Shown: positions 8,398 to 17,228, counted from the first letter of the stretch. The stretch is DNA of 31,612 nucleotides from a virus (IMGVR_UViG_3300032233_000652:1-31612); one strand, 5' to 3'. The notes: generated from the letters alone by a model not told the origin. Program-made: numbers and translations.

Positions 8398-9659
8398 AAA
8401 TGGAGCACAAAGTCCAACAAATTCTTACTGAACAGGAGCTTCATGGATGGTATTTCGACGAACGATCCGCTTATGAGTTGGAATCGGAACTTCGATCTAC
8501 ACTTGAATCGTTGTCGAGAACTCTCAGAGAAAGACATCCTTTCGTTGCGGGAAGCGAGTTTACTCCTCGTCGCGCTAACAAGACCCAAGGATATTTCAAT
8601 GGATGCACTTTTACGCGCCTCAAGGATTTTAACCCGACCAGTAGAGACCACATCGCCTGGATACTCAGCAAGTTAGTTGATGCGGACATGAAGCCGGTAT
8701 ACGGCTGGGAACCAAAACAACTAACTGATACTGGTAAGGCAGTTATTGATGAAGTAGTTCTGAAGGAAATTGGTACACCGATTGCTCTTGACTTCTTCAA
8801 GATGTTGGAGCTTACAAAGCAGTTGGGAATGTTGTCTGAGGGTGTAAATGCTTGGCAAAAGCTAAGCATAAACAACCGTATACATCACCACTGTTCTGTA
8901 GCTACAAATACATACAGATGCGCCCACCGAAACCCAAATCTTGCACAGACACCTGCTGATGAGCGATTCAGACGATTATTTAAGCCCACTCCAGGACTAT
9001 GCATGGTTGGGGCGGATCTTAGCGGCATCGAACTCAGGATGTTCGCGCATTACCTTGCTAGGTATGACGGTGGAAGCTATGGCAAAATCTTGCTTAATGG
9101 CGATATCCACCAAGTCAATGCCGACCGGGTTGGCGTTAGTAGGTCTGATTGCAAACGGATCCAGTACGCCATTCTATATGGAGCAGGAAACGAAAAGATT
9201 GGACTCACATACGATCCTCAGCTTTCACCTGAAACAGCCAAAAGGAAGGGCGCAAAACTACGCAAAGCTTTTCTTGATGCAGTGGAAGGTCTTCAAGACC
9301 TTGTTATTGCCCTCAAGGCTAAAGTTCAAGCGGAAGGCTACATCAATTCTATTGACGGAAGGAGTGTTCCTGTCGATGGACCTCACAAATCACTGAACTA
9401 CCTACTTCAGTCTGGAGCCGGTATTGTGGCGCGTCGTTGGTTATTACTAGCCAACGATGAAATTAAAAAACAAAATATTGACGCTCATCAATTGGCATTT
9501 GTACATGATGAGTTGCAGTTTGAAGTATCCCCGGCGCAAGCCAACGACCTAATGCAGATTCTTGAGCACACAGCTCGCCTTGCTGGAGAGTTCTACAACC
9601 TCCGAGTGCCAATTGCAGCAGAAGCAACCCAAGGTTCGTCCTGGGCTGACACTCACTGA
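8364..9659 (+). CDS. DNA polymerase A, polymerase part (gp5-like, Tyr at the E. coli 762-equivalent position)
   Basis: FNPTSRDHI, PNLAQ, motif A DLSGIELR, motif B KRIQYAILYG, motif C VHDE. Lies in the -1 frame relative to the exonuclease ORF. ATG candidates at 8364 and 8400. Confidence 0.93.
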   Translation: METFPQIPEWVEMEHKVQQILTEQELHGWYFDERSAYELESELRSTLESLSRTLRERHPFVAGSEFTPRRANKTQGYFNGCTFTRLKDFNPTSRDHIAWILSKLVDADMKPVYGWEPKQLTDTGKAVIDEVVLKEIGTPIALDFFKMLELTKQLGMLSEGVNAWQKLSINNRIHHHCSVATNTYRCAHRNPNLAQTPADERFRRLFKPTPGLCMVGADLSGIELRMFAHYLARYDGGSYGKILLNGDIHQVNADRVGVSRSDCKRIQYAILYGAGNEKIGLTYDPQLSPETAKRKGAKLRKAFLDAVEGLQDLVIALKAKVQAEGYINSIDGRSVPVDGPHKSLNYLLQSGAGIVARRWLLLANDEIKKQNIDAHQLAFVHDELQFEVSPAQANDLMQILEHTARLAGEFYNLRVPIAAEATQGSSWADTH

Positions 9660-9957
9660 TAAGAGCCGTCTAGGAGATATCACCGAGCACGTGGTGATTA
9701 CAGAAGCACTTAAACGTGGCGCTGAAGTATACAAAAACTGCTCGTGTACTGGGAGCACAGATCTCATTATTGAACACAAAGGACGTGTTCTTCAGGTGGA
9801 TGTGAAAACTGAAAAAATGGACTTGGAAACAGGTAACTGGAAGTCTGTTGGTGTTGCTCGTGCGAAAAAACCACGAGTAATTGTAAATCCCGAGACATGG
9901 AAGTGTCGGTGGGTTAGAGGCAAAACACCCCCTGGTTGGGAAACATTCTGGAACTAA
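9562..9957 (+). CDS. PD-(D/E)XK endonuclease, possibly a free-standing homing-type nuclease (start uncertain)
   Basis: RLGDITEH...LKRGAEVY...GSTDLII...LQVDVKT fits the E...D...(D/E)xK layout. Confidence 0.75.
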   Translation: MSTQLALLESSTTSECQLQQKQPKVRPGLTLTDKSRLGDITEHVVITEALKRGAEVYKNCSCTGSTDLIIEHKGRVLQVDVKTEKMDLETGNWKSVGVARAKKPRVIVNPETWKCRWVRGKTPPGWETFWN

Positions 9958-9960
9958 TTA

Positions 9961-10098
9961 ATGGCAACCAAGGCTAAATCTGGACTAACACGTAAGACAT
10001 TTATGTCACGTGCGAAATTTAAACACACAAGACAGGGTAATGGCCTTAGATCACTTGCTAAACCAGGTAAAAAACTACGCAGAGGTCAAGGTAAATGA
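9961..10098 (+). CDS. Small very basic protein (45 aa, ends RRGQGK)
   Basis: Own translation: MATKAKSGLTRKTFMSRAKFKHTRQGNGLRSLAKPGKKLRRGQGK*. Fills the gap exactly, with an ATGA overlap onto the exonuclease. Confidence 0.75.
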   Translation: MATKAKSGLTRKTFMSRAKFKHTRQGNGLRSLAKPGKKLRRGQGK

Positions 10099-10877
10099 GT
10101 CTTCTAATTGATGCTGACTACCTGGCATACAAGACCTGCGCGGCATGTGAAGACGAGACTGACTTCGGTCACGATGTAATCATTGTCACCAGTCGATTCT
10201 CAGAAGTGTTATTGATGTTTAAGCGTGAGCTTGAAAACATCTGCAATCGTATTGGTCATTATGATGACATTACGTTGTTTTTTAGCAGCTCAACAAATTT
10301 TAGGAAGAAAATTTATCCTGATTACAAGGGTCACCGAAATCGCAAGAAACCCTGTGGTTACAAGAGACTACTAAATTGGTGTGGGGACAACTATCCAACC
10401 ATCATCATTGATGACCTAGAAGCAGATGATGCTTTAGGCATCTTTGCGACTGATCCAGTAGAAGCTGCTGCTGGTCACATACTCTGTAGTCCTGATAAGG
10501 ACATGCGTCAAATCCCTGGTCTTCTCTATGACCTAACAAATCCTGTGACTGAAATCACCAAGGAAGAGGGGGATCTTTGGCATTACATACAGACGATGAG
10601 TGGTGACCAAACAGATGGTTACGCGGGAGCCCCTGGCATTGGCATTAAACGTGCCAACGCAATACTTGAAAAGAACGGGTTCAGCTGGCAGACAGTTGTC
10701 GATGTATTTGTTGATAGAGAGATGACTGAAGATGAGGCTTTACTTAATGCACGCCTAGCAAAGATCCTTCAATTCACTGATTTTGATCATGAGTCAAACA
10801 CCCCAATCCTTTGGCAACCTCCCACCACCAGTGATGGAATTGACAATAGAGCAGCAGTTCAAGTTGCGGCGAATTGA
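10095..10877 (+). CDS. 5'-3' exonuclease (gp6-like)
   Basis: LIDAD, NFRKKIYPDYKGHR, LEADD, SPDKD and GDQTDGYAGAPGIG motifs. Confidence 0.96.
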   Translation: MSLLIDADYLAYKTCAACEDETDFGHDVIIVTSRFSEVLLMFKRELENICNRIGHYDDITLFFSSSTNFRKKIYPDYKGHRNRKKPCGYKRLLNWCGDNYPTIIIDDLEADDALGIFATDPVEAAAGHILCSPDKDMRQIPGLLYDLTNPVTEITKEEGDLWHYIQTMSGDQTDGYAGAPGIGIKRANAILEKNGFSWQTVVDVFVDREMTEDEALLNARLAKILQFTDFDHESNTPILWQPPTTSDGIDNRAAVQVAAN

Positions 10878-11022
10878 TGATCTTCTTCCAGGAGCATCCA
10901 AGGAAGACATTATAACTGTGTTCAAAGCATTGCAACATCAGAACTTTGTCCTATCAAACACTGTATCCAACCTTGTTAAACAATGGCCAACTCACCCTCC
11001 TATTACAAAAGAGGTACCATAG
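10789..11022 (+). CDS. nblA: NblA-like phycobilisome degradation adaptor
   Basis: ELTIEQQFKLR...SKEDIITVFKALQHQNF...NLVKQW matches the NblA L(S/T)xEQxF...S.E...Q...W helix-loop-helix pattern. Out-of-frame overlap with the exonuclease 3' end. Start at 10789 or 10834. Confidence 0.8.
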   Translation: MSQTPQSFGNLPPPVMELTIEQQFKLRRIDDLLPGASKEDIITVFKALQHQNFVLSNTVSNLVKQWPTHPPITKEVP

Positions 11023-11261
11023 AAGTATGGGACTTCATTAGAGATCAACAACTAAATTATCATCTAGGCAACGCAGTAAAATATATCTGCCGCTTAGGTC
11101 ATAAAGATGATGCACTTAAAGACATTGACAAAGCCATCCACTACCTTGAAAACGAACGTGAGTTTCTACGAGACCGCCGCAGCCGAATTCAGAAAAACAT
11201 ACAAGCTGCCGCAGAGTTTGACGACTACCTCTTTGAGTCTGCAACAGACTTTGATCGATGA
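10983..11261 (+). CDS. DUF3310 / T7 gp1.7-like protein (putative nucleotide kinase)
   Basis: SPSYY..G.IEVWDFI, LGNAVKYICR and DIDKAIHYL motifs. Confidence 0.88.
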   Translation: MANSPSYYKRGTIEVWDFIRDQQLNYHLGNAVKYICRLGHKDDALKDIDKAIHYLENEREFLRDRRSRIQKNIQAAAEFDDYLFESATDFDR

Positions 11262-11538
11262 GGAACATCTAGAACTGGCGCATGCTTACTTGGATCTAAA
11301 AGAAGACATTACAAACAAACGCGCTCGGGAGCACATGCTCAAAGAGCTCACTGATCTTGTATATGTCTGTCATCAAATGGCAGCAGCATTTGAATGGGAT
11401 CTAGATGTTGCCTATGCAAGGGTGCATGGAAGCAACATGAGCAAGTTAGATGACAATGGAGAACCAATATATCGTGAGGACGGAAAGATACTTAAGTCAA
11501 ATAACTTTTATCTACCATCATTGATTGACCTTGTTTAA
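11158..11538 (+). CDS. MazG-like all-alpha NTP pyrophosphohydrolase
   Basis: LIDEEHLE, LKELTDLVYV, RVHGSNMSKL and REDGKILK motifs. GTG 11158 assumed as start (ORF open from 11107). Confidence 0.88.
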   Translation: MSFYETAAAEFRKTYKLPQSLTTTSLSLQQTLIDEEHLELAHAYLDLKEDITNKRAREHMLKELTDLVYVCHQMAAAFEWDLDVAYARVHGSNMSKLDDNGEPIYREDGKILKSNNFYLPSLIDLV

Positions 11539-11544
11539 TTAACT

Positions 11545-12930
11545 GTGAATAAAGAACTAATTGCTCGCACCGGTCGGGTGCAATCATGGATTGATGATCC
11601 TAATGCAAGACTTCCTGTTAGCTGCACAGTCTTTGTAGTTGAAGATTCTATGAGTGAGGGTCCAGATTGTATTGAGGCAAGCTGGCGCTTTGCCAGTCAC
11701 GCCCTGCGGTATGGAGCTGGGTGTGCAATTCACCTTAGCAAGCTTCGCCCTAGGGGAGCTGAAAACAGTGAAGGACTAGTAGCGTCTGGACCTGTGTCCT
11801 TTGCAAAGATCTATTCAACGCTCAACGAGATCCTCCGCAGAGGTGGAGTATGGAAAAATGGAGCTATTGTATGTCATCTTGATATCAATCACCCTGATAT
11901 CATTGAGTTTGTCACTGCTAGCCGGGCTGATCTACCTTGGGTTAAACGTTGTGTCAACCTTACTACTCATAAGTGGGGTGAAGCAACTCAAGAAGTGAAA
12001 GATGCAGTACTGGCAGGCATCGCACGGGGTGACATCTGGCTGAACAAATCCAAAGTAGACAAAGATGGAAAACGAATCTACGGGAACGTATGCCTTGAAG
12101 TGTACCTGCCCTCACGCGGTACATGCCTACTTCAACACGTCAACCTTGGTGCCTGTGACATTGGAGACATTGAACCAGCCTTTGTGCAAGGAATGTCTGA
12201 ACTCATCGCACTCCATGGAAAGACTGGTGTCGGAGAAAGTGGCGAATACCTTAGTCCAGAAGTGGATCGCCAAGTGGGGCTAGGAATGCTTGGTCTTGCC
12301 AACCTACTGGCACGACACGGTGTTACCTATCAAGCCTTTGGGGAAGCCCTTGAGGATCTACGTGGAAATGAACCATATGAACGGACAGCGGCACATGTTA
12401 TCGCTATTAAATTACAACGTGGAATTGAAGCTGCTGCAGAGGTGGCTCGTTATAACGGGATGGTACGTGCATTTGCAATCGCTCCTACCGCTTCATGTTC
12501 GTACCGCTACACCGACTTACTGGGCTTCACAACAACGCCAGAAATTGCTCCCCCGATCTCTCGGCAAGTGGATCGCGATAGCGCCACTTTTGGGGTTCAG
12601 TCTTTCGACTACGGCAATGTGGAGATTGCCAGTGAGGTAGGTTGGGATAATTATAGAAAAGTATCTAACGGTATTGTTAGGTTACTTGACAATACGGGAC
12701 TTCTTCATGGGTACTCATTCAATAGTTGGTCCGATGTGGTCACCTATAACGAGGAGTTTATCGAAGAGTGGCTTGCGTCACCGCAAACCTCCCTTTATTA
12801 TTCTCTCCAAGTTATGGGTGATACTCAGGATAAATCAGATGTCTATGCGGCGCTGAAGGATGCTGATATCGATGCGTACTTGGGGGACATTTTAAACGAA
12901 CCTCCAATTACTTGTGATTGCGGCGAATGA
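11545..12930 (+). CDS. nrdA: Ribonucleotide reductase alpha subunit (compact cyanopodovirus type)
   Basis: PVSC, NVCLE (NxCxE), CLL, GLGMLGLAN, AIAPTASCS, SLYY and C-terminal CDC. No ATP cone evident. Confidence 0.92.
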   Translation: MNKELIARTGRVQSWIDDPNARLPVSCTVFVVEDSMSEGPDCIEASWRFASHALRYGAGCAIHLSKLRPRGAENSEGLVASGPVSFAKIYSTLNEILRRGGVWKNGAIVCHLDINHPDIIEFVTASRADLPWVKRCVNLTTHKWGEATQEVKDAVLAGIARGDIWLNKSKVDKDGKRIYGNVCLEVYLPSRGTCLLQHVNLGACDIGDIEPAFVQGMSELIALHGKTGVGESGEYLSPEVDRQVGLGMLGLANLLARHGVTYQAFGEALEDLRGNEPYERTAAHVIAIKLQRGIEAAAEVARYNGMVRAFAIAPTASCSYRYTDLLGFTTTPEIAPPISRQVDRDSATFGVQSFDYGNVEIASEVGWDNYRKVSNGIVRLLDNTGLLHGYSFNSWSDVVTYNEEFIEEWLASPQTSLYYSLQVMGDTQDKSDVYAALKDADIDAYLGDILNEPPITCDCGE

Positions 12931-13637
12931 ACCCTTATCAAAAACTACTTAATAGAAAGCGTACCTGGACACCAGTTCAAACATCAGCTGGTCAATTGGT
13001 GGAGGGTGCAGAAGAAACAATCTTCCGTGCCATGGCAATGCGCCACATGGAGCTACCCGTTGGCGACTTTATTAAAGACTCTCTAGATGAAATTCCAGAC
13101 CTATCGCGGGACCTACTGCGATCCAATATCACAGACGAAGAGAACCACGATGTGGCTCTCGGTTACATCACCAACGCTCTTGGGATGGATGAAAAAGCTG
13201 AGGCGGAAGCAAAGCGAATTAGAGATGCGTGGACGGCGCATCCAGATCACACGGTCCTCAAAGCAATGGTGGCCGAGCGTGCAATCTTCTTCGTATTACT
13301 CCCATTCTTCCGCTTTAATGGTGACGCTGGCTTACGAACGGTAAGTGCCGATATAAGTCGTGATGAACAGATCCACGTTGCCGCTAATTCTTTGGTCTGC
13401 CGTGAGTTGGGCCTTGTGGTCTCTCCAAGTCTTGACAAATTGAGAAAGGCTACCATTAATTGGGTGATGCAACCGTTAGGCAAGTCTACCAATAGATATT
13501 TGGACAAAAAATTTTGGCTGGATCAGAGTGACTCTTTGATGTATTCAGGTAAGGCAGAAGGTCTTCTTGAAACAAAGCGGTCACGGATGCCAGCATTCTT
13601 TGAGCATAACAATGTTGACCTCCCTCAGTACGCTTGA
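12927..13637 (+). CDS. nrdB: Ribonucleotide reductase beta subunit (ferritin-like)
   Basis: Two ExxH motifs (DEENH, DEQIH), ERAIFF, C-terminal Tyr, and ATGA overlap with the alpha subunit. Confidence 0.82.
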   Translation: MNPYQKLLNRKRTWTPVQTSAGQLVEGAEETIFRAMAMRHMELPVGDFIKDSLDEIPDLSRDLLRSNITDEENHDVALGYITNALGMDEKAEAEAKRIRDAWTAHPDHTVLKAMVAERAIFFVLLPFFRFNGDAGLRTVSADISRDEQIHVAANSLVCRELGLVVSPSLDKLRKATINWVMQPLGKSTNRYLDKKFWLDQSDSLMYSGKAEGLLETKRSRMPAFFEHNNVDLPQYA

Positions 13638-13791
13638 ACTTGGACTCACTGTTGACAAGCTTCTTTCAATATTGGAAGATACTTTTCCACCAGTGAAAGC
13701 AAGCCCAACGGATAGGATTGAAAACATTATGTACCACTCTGGTCAAAGGAGTGTGGTCGAGTACATCAAACAACTAATTGAGGAAGAATAA
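13612..13791 (+). CDS. Small conserved-type hypothetical protein (T7 gp6.5-like position)
   Basis: LEDTFPP...IMYHSGQRSVVEYI, tightly packed between RNR and the virion genes. Confidence 0.7.
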   Translation: MLTSLSTLELGLTVDKLLSILEDTFPPVKASPTDRIENIMYHSGQRSVVEYIKQLIEEE

Positions 13792-14681
13792 TGGCACAGC
13801 TAAGCGCAAAGCAAGCTGAAAAACTAAAGAATGTAGTCACAAATTCAAAGTCAACAAATACGTTATCCATTGCCAACAATAAAAGCACAACGGCACAAGA
13901 ACCTAAATCAAACTTATCCCCAGTTTCAAATCTGACGATAGGTCAAACGAAAGCTGCATCAGGCCAAGGTCCGCTGGCTCCGATATCTTCGGGGACTACA
14001 AGCAGCCCTAGTATGAGCATTGGTGGTGCTAACACAAACACATCATCAAGTACGGCTGCAAGTACCAATCCAATTTATACAAGACCTCCAGGACCACCTG
14101 AAGGTTACACTGGACGTACTGATATTACTTCGTTCCGTGGTGACGAAGTGAAGCAGCTGGATAAGATGCTAAATATGTTTTACAGTGGCAATGAAAAACA
14201 AGTTGCTAGAGCTACAAAAGATTTAACAAAGTTTAGTGTACGGATGGTTGGTGGTCCCGGTAATGAACGTAGTTTCTTACCCGGTTCATACGAAGACATT
14301 ATTGGATATGCCACCGGTTCAAAGCGAAACACAAAAGGTAGTATGGATAATACTTATTACCCAGTGTTTGGTAAAAAGCCTGCACCAACATTTAGCCCAT
14401 CTGAAGAGACTGGAATGGTTGGAACTGGCGTAACACCTGAGGCATTGCCTGTGCCTGAAGCAGTAACTCCGGATCCACCAACTTTTCCAGAATTCAATTT
14501 CACAATGCCTGATCCTGTGATGCAAGTCAACAGTGGAGCAGCGATTGCTGGTAATGCAACCGGCTTTAAACGTAAGGAATCAAAGGCAAAGAGTTCCGGG
14601 CGTACGAACAAAGGTACATCACAACTACGAATAAATCCCACAATGGGATCAAGTTCACTTGGTATTAATTTAGGTACATAA
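13791..14681 (+). CDS. Ser/Thr/Pro-rich pre-portal protein with a gp7.3-like basic C-terminus
   Basis: 296-aa ORF immediately before the portal, ending KRKESKAKSSGRTNKGTSQLRINP...GINL. Confidence 0.65.
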   Translation: MAQLSAKQAEKLKNVVTNSKSTNTLSIANNKSTTAQEPKSNLSPVSNLTIGQTKAASGQGPLAPISSGTTSSPSMSIGGANTNTSSSTAASTNPIYTRPPGPPEGYTGRTDITSFRGDEVKQLDKMLNMFYSGNEKQVARATKDLTKFSVRMVGGPGNERSFLPGSYEDIIGYATGSKRNTKGSMDNTYYPVFGKKPAPTFSPSEETGMVGTGVTPEALPVPEAVTPDPPTFPEFNFTMPDPVMQVNSGAAIAGNATGFKRKESKAKSSGRTNKGTSQLRINPTMGSSSLGINLGT

Positions 14682-14682
14682 C

Positions 14683-16293
14683 ATGTCTGCTAAAACTAGG
14701 TATGACGCACTCACGCGACACCGTGCCCAGTTTCTTGACGTAGCTGTGCAATGCTCAAAGCTTACTCTTCCGTATCTTATACAAGAAGATGAGTATTCAA
14801 GCAGGAACACTTGGCGGAAACTTATCACACCTTGGCAAAGCGTTGGCGCAAAGGGTGTAGTAACACTGGCATCAAAGTTGATGTTGGCTCTGCTACCTCC
14901 TCAGACCAGTTTCTTTAAACTACAGGTGAATGATTCAAAGCTTGGAATTGATCTTCCTGCTGAAGCTAAATCTGAATTGGATCTTAGTTTTGCAAAGCTT
15001 GAGCGTATGGTGATGGATTCGATTGCTGCTAGCAGTGATCGGGTTGTTGTTCATCAAGCACTGAAGCACCTTGTAGTAGGTGGTAACGCACTAATCTACA
15101 TGGGTAAAGATGGTCTTAAACTTTATCCGCTTAATCGCTATGTCATAGAACGAGATGGAAACGGTAACGTATTAGAGATCGTCACAAAAGAATTGGTTAA
15201 CCGTAAGCTAATTGCTGGGTTTATTGATGAACCGGTTCCAAATGCTGTTGGTGATGACGGTTCTTCAACAGACGAAGACATAGAGGTGTACACACATGTA
15301 CGACGAGACAACAATCGTTGGATGTGGCACCAAGAAGCTTTGAACAAAATCATACCAAACTCCATTGGTAAATCACCAATTGATGCTAGTCCGTGGCTAG
15401 TATTGAGGTTTAATACTGTTGATGGTGAAAGTTTTGGACGCGGTCGCGTAGAGGAGTTTCTTGGGGATCTTCGCTCACTAGAAGCTCTAATGCAAGCCCT
15501 TGTAGAGGGTAGTGCTGCTGCTGCCAAGGTTCTATTTTTGGTATCCCCTAGTAGCACCACAAAGCCACAAACAATTGCACAAGCTGGTAATGGCGCCATC
15601 GTCCAAGGAAGGCCTGACGACGTTGGTGTAATTCAAGTAGGTAAGACAGCAGATTTCAGAACTGCCTATGAAATGGCAGCCACACTTGAGCGACGTATTA
15701 GCGAAGCAATGTTGGTCATGAATGTCCGACAGAGTGAACGAACAACTGCTGAAGAAGTAAGAATGTCTCAGATGGAATTGGAATCACAATTGGGTGGCCT
15801 GTTCTCTCTGCTGACTGTTGAGTTCCTGATTCCTTACTTGAACCGTAAACTCAATGTGATGCAACGTACTGGTGAATTACAACGGCTACCAAAGAATCTT
15901 GTAAGGCCGACAATTGTTGCAGGTATTAATGCACTTGGTCGTGGTCAAGATCGCGAAAGTCTCACAGGGTTCCTGACGACTATTGCACAAACTCTTGGAC
16001 CTGAATCGTTGATGAAGAACCTAAATCAAGATGAAGCGATTAAACGCCTCGCAGCATCTCAAGGTATTGATGTTCTTAATCTCATCAAGACACAGGAGCA
16101 ACAACAAGGGGATATGCAGCAGCAAATGGCTATGCAAAAACAGCTGTCCTTGATTGGTCAGACTGCAGCTCTTGCTAAGGCTCCGATCTTTGATCCAAGT
16201 AAAAATCCAAACGCTCAAGAACAACTATTTAATGGACAAACAGCAGGCCAGCCGCCCACAACGGGTCAAGAACAAGCCGCTCCCCCCGGTTAG
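14683..16293 (+). CDS. Portal / head-to-tail connector (gp8-like)
   Basis: WQSVGAKGVVTLASKLMLALLPP, GESFGRGRVEE, ERTTAEEVR and ALGRGQD motifs. Confidence 0.97.
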   Translation: MSAKTRYDALTRHRAQFLDVAVQCSKLTLPYLIQEDEYSSRNTWRKLITPWQSVGAKGVVTLASKLMLALLPPQTSFFKLQVNDSKLGIDLPAEAKSELDLSFAKLERMVMDSIAASSDRVVVHQALKHLVVGGNALIYMGKDGLKLYPLNRYVIERDGNGNVLEIVTKELVNRKLIAGFIDEPVPNAVGDDGSSTDEDIEVYTHVRRDNNRWMWHQEALNKIIPNSIGKSPIDASPWLVLRFNTVDGESFGRGRVEEFLGDLRSLEALMQALVEGSAAAAKVLFLVSPSSTTKPQTIAQAGNGAIVQGRPDDVGVIQVGKTADFRTAYEMAATLERRISEAMLVMNVRQSERTTAEEVRMSQMELESQLGGLFSLLTVEFLIPYLNRKLNVMQRTGELQRLPKNLVRPTIVAGINALGRGQDRESLTGFLTTIAQTLGPESLMKNLNQDEAIKRLAASQGIDVLNLIKTQEQQQGDMQQQMAMQKQLSLIGQTAALAKAPIFDPSKNPNAQEQLFNGQTAGQPPTTGQEQAAPPG

Positions 16294-16459
16294 TAATCCA
16301 CTAACTGAGGCGGATAGGGAAGCGTTCACAGAAAACAGATACGCACGTCGTACACAACTAATTGGCAAACCTACAATTGGTATTCCTAATAAGGTTGAGA
16401 CGGTAGGTCTAGGCAAACTAAAAGTAGAAACATTTAATGGCATTCAATCTGACGTATGA
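16232..16459 (+). CDS. Small hypothetical protein between portal and scaffold
   Basis: 75-aa ATG ORF overlapping both neighbours and filling the gap. Confidence 0.6.
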   Translation: MDKQQASRPQRVKNKPLPPVSNPLTEADREAFTENRYARRTQLIGKPTIGIPNKVETVGLGKLKVETFNGIQSDV

Positions 16460-17228
16460 TCCTAGTGATGATCCGACTGCACTCGCAGAATCGGAAGCTA
16501 GGGATCAAGAAAACTACGCAATAGGTGAAAAATTAGAACAAGCTCAAGAGCAGCTTCTTGCTGGGAAATACCGCGATGCTGAAGAGCTGGAACAAGCCTA
16601 CATTGAACTACAACGTAAGTTAGGGGATCGTTCATCTACTGATGGAGCTGAGCCTGAAGAAGAACCCTCTGAAGAAGAGCGTGAGGTGGAAGTCGAGGAT
16701 GATGAAACTGTTGACTATTCACCAATCACTCGTCTAATTGAGGAGTCAAGTAGCGGAGAGTTTTCACAAGAAACTGTTGATGCTTTTGAACAAATGTCAG
16801 GAGCAGAAGTAGGCGACATGGTGCTTGCTTATGTGCAAGACAATCCAAAAACTGCAGAGAACTATGAGATGACCTCTCAAGACATCTCAGAGATGAAAGC
16901 AGTTGTTGGGGGTGACCAGCAATACGATCAAATGATTGGCTGGGCTGCTCAAAACATGTCCCCTGAGGAAATTCAAGTTTTTGATTCTGTCATTGAAAAG
17001 GGTGATCCTCAATCCATTTACTTTGCAGTACAAGCTTTGAACTATCGATATCAAGATGCAGTTGGATATGAAGGTCGTATGCTGACTGGCAATGCGGCCA
17101 AGAGCCAAGACATTTATCGTAGTCAAGCTGAGCTTGTTCGAGATATGAGTGATCCTCGATATGAAAAGGATCCTGCCTATCGTTATGACGTTCAAGAAAA
17201 GGTTGGGCGGTCTAACCTGCAATTTTAA
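16437..17228 (+). CDS. Capsid scaffolding protein (gp9-like)
   Basis: Acidic. LLAGKYRDAEELEQAY, VGGDQQY..MIGWA and MSDPRYEKDPAYR motifs. Confidence 0.95.
   Translation: MAFNLTYDPSDDPTALAESEARDQENYAIGEKLEQAQEQLLAGKYRDAEELEQAYIELQRKLGDRSSTDGAEPEEEPSEEEREVEVEDDETVDYSPITRLIEESSSGEFSQETVDAFEQMSGAEVGDMVLAYVQDNPKTAENYEMTSQDISEMKAVVGGDQQYDQMIGWAAQNMSPEEIQVFDSVIEKGDPQSIYFAVQALNYRYQDAVGYEGRMLTGNAAKSQDIYRSQAELVRDMSDPRYEKDPAYRYDVQEKVGRSNLQF

Noticed and set aside
8300-8400. Intron or intein explaining the polymerase split
   Set aside because: There is no intervening sequence; the two domains abut or overlap directly.
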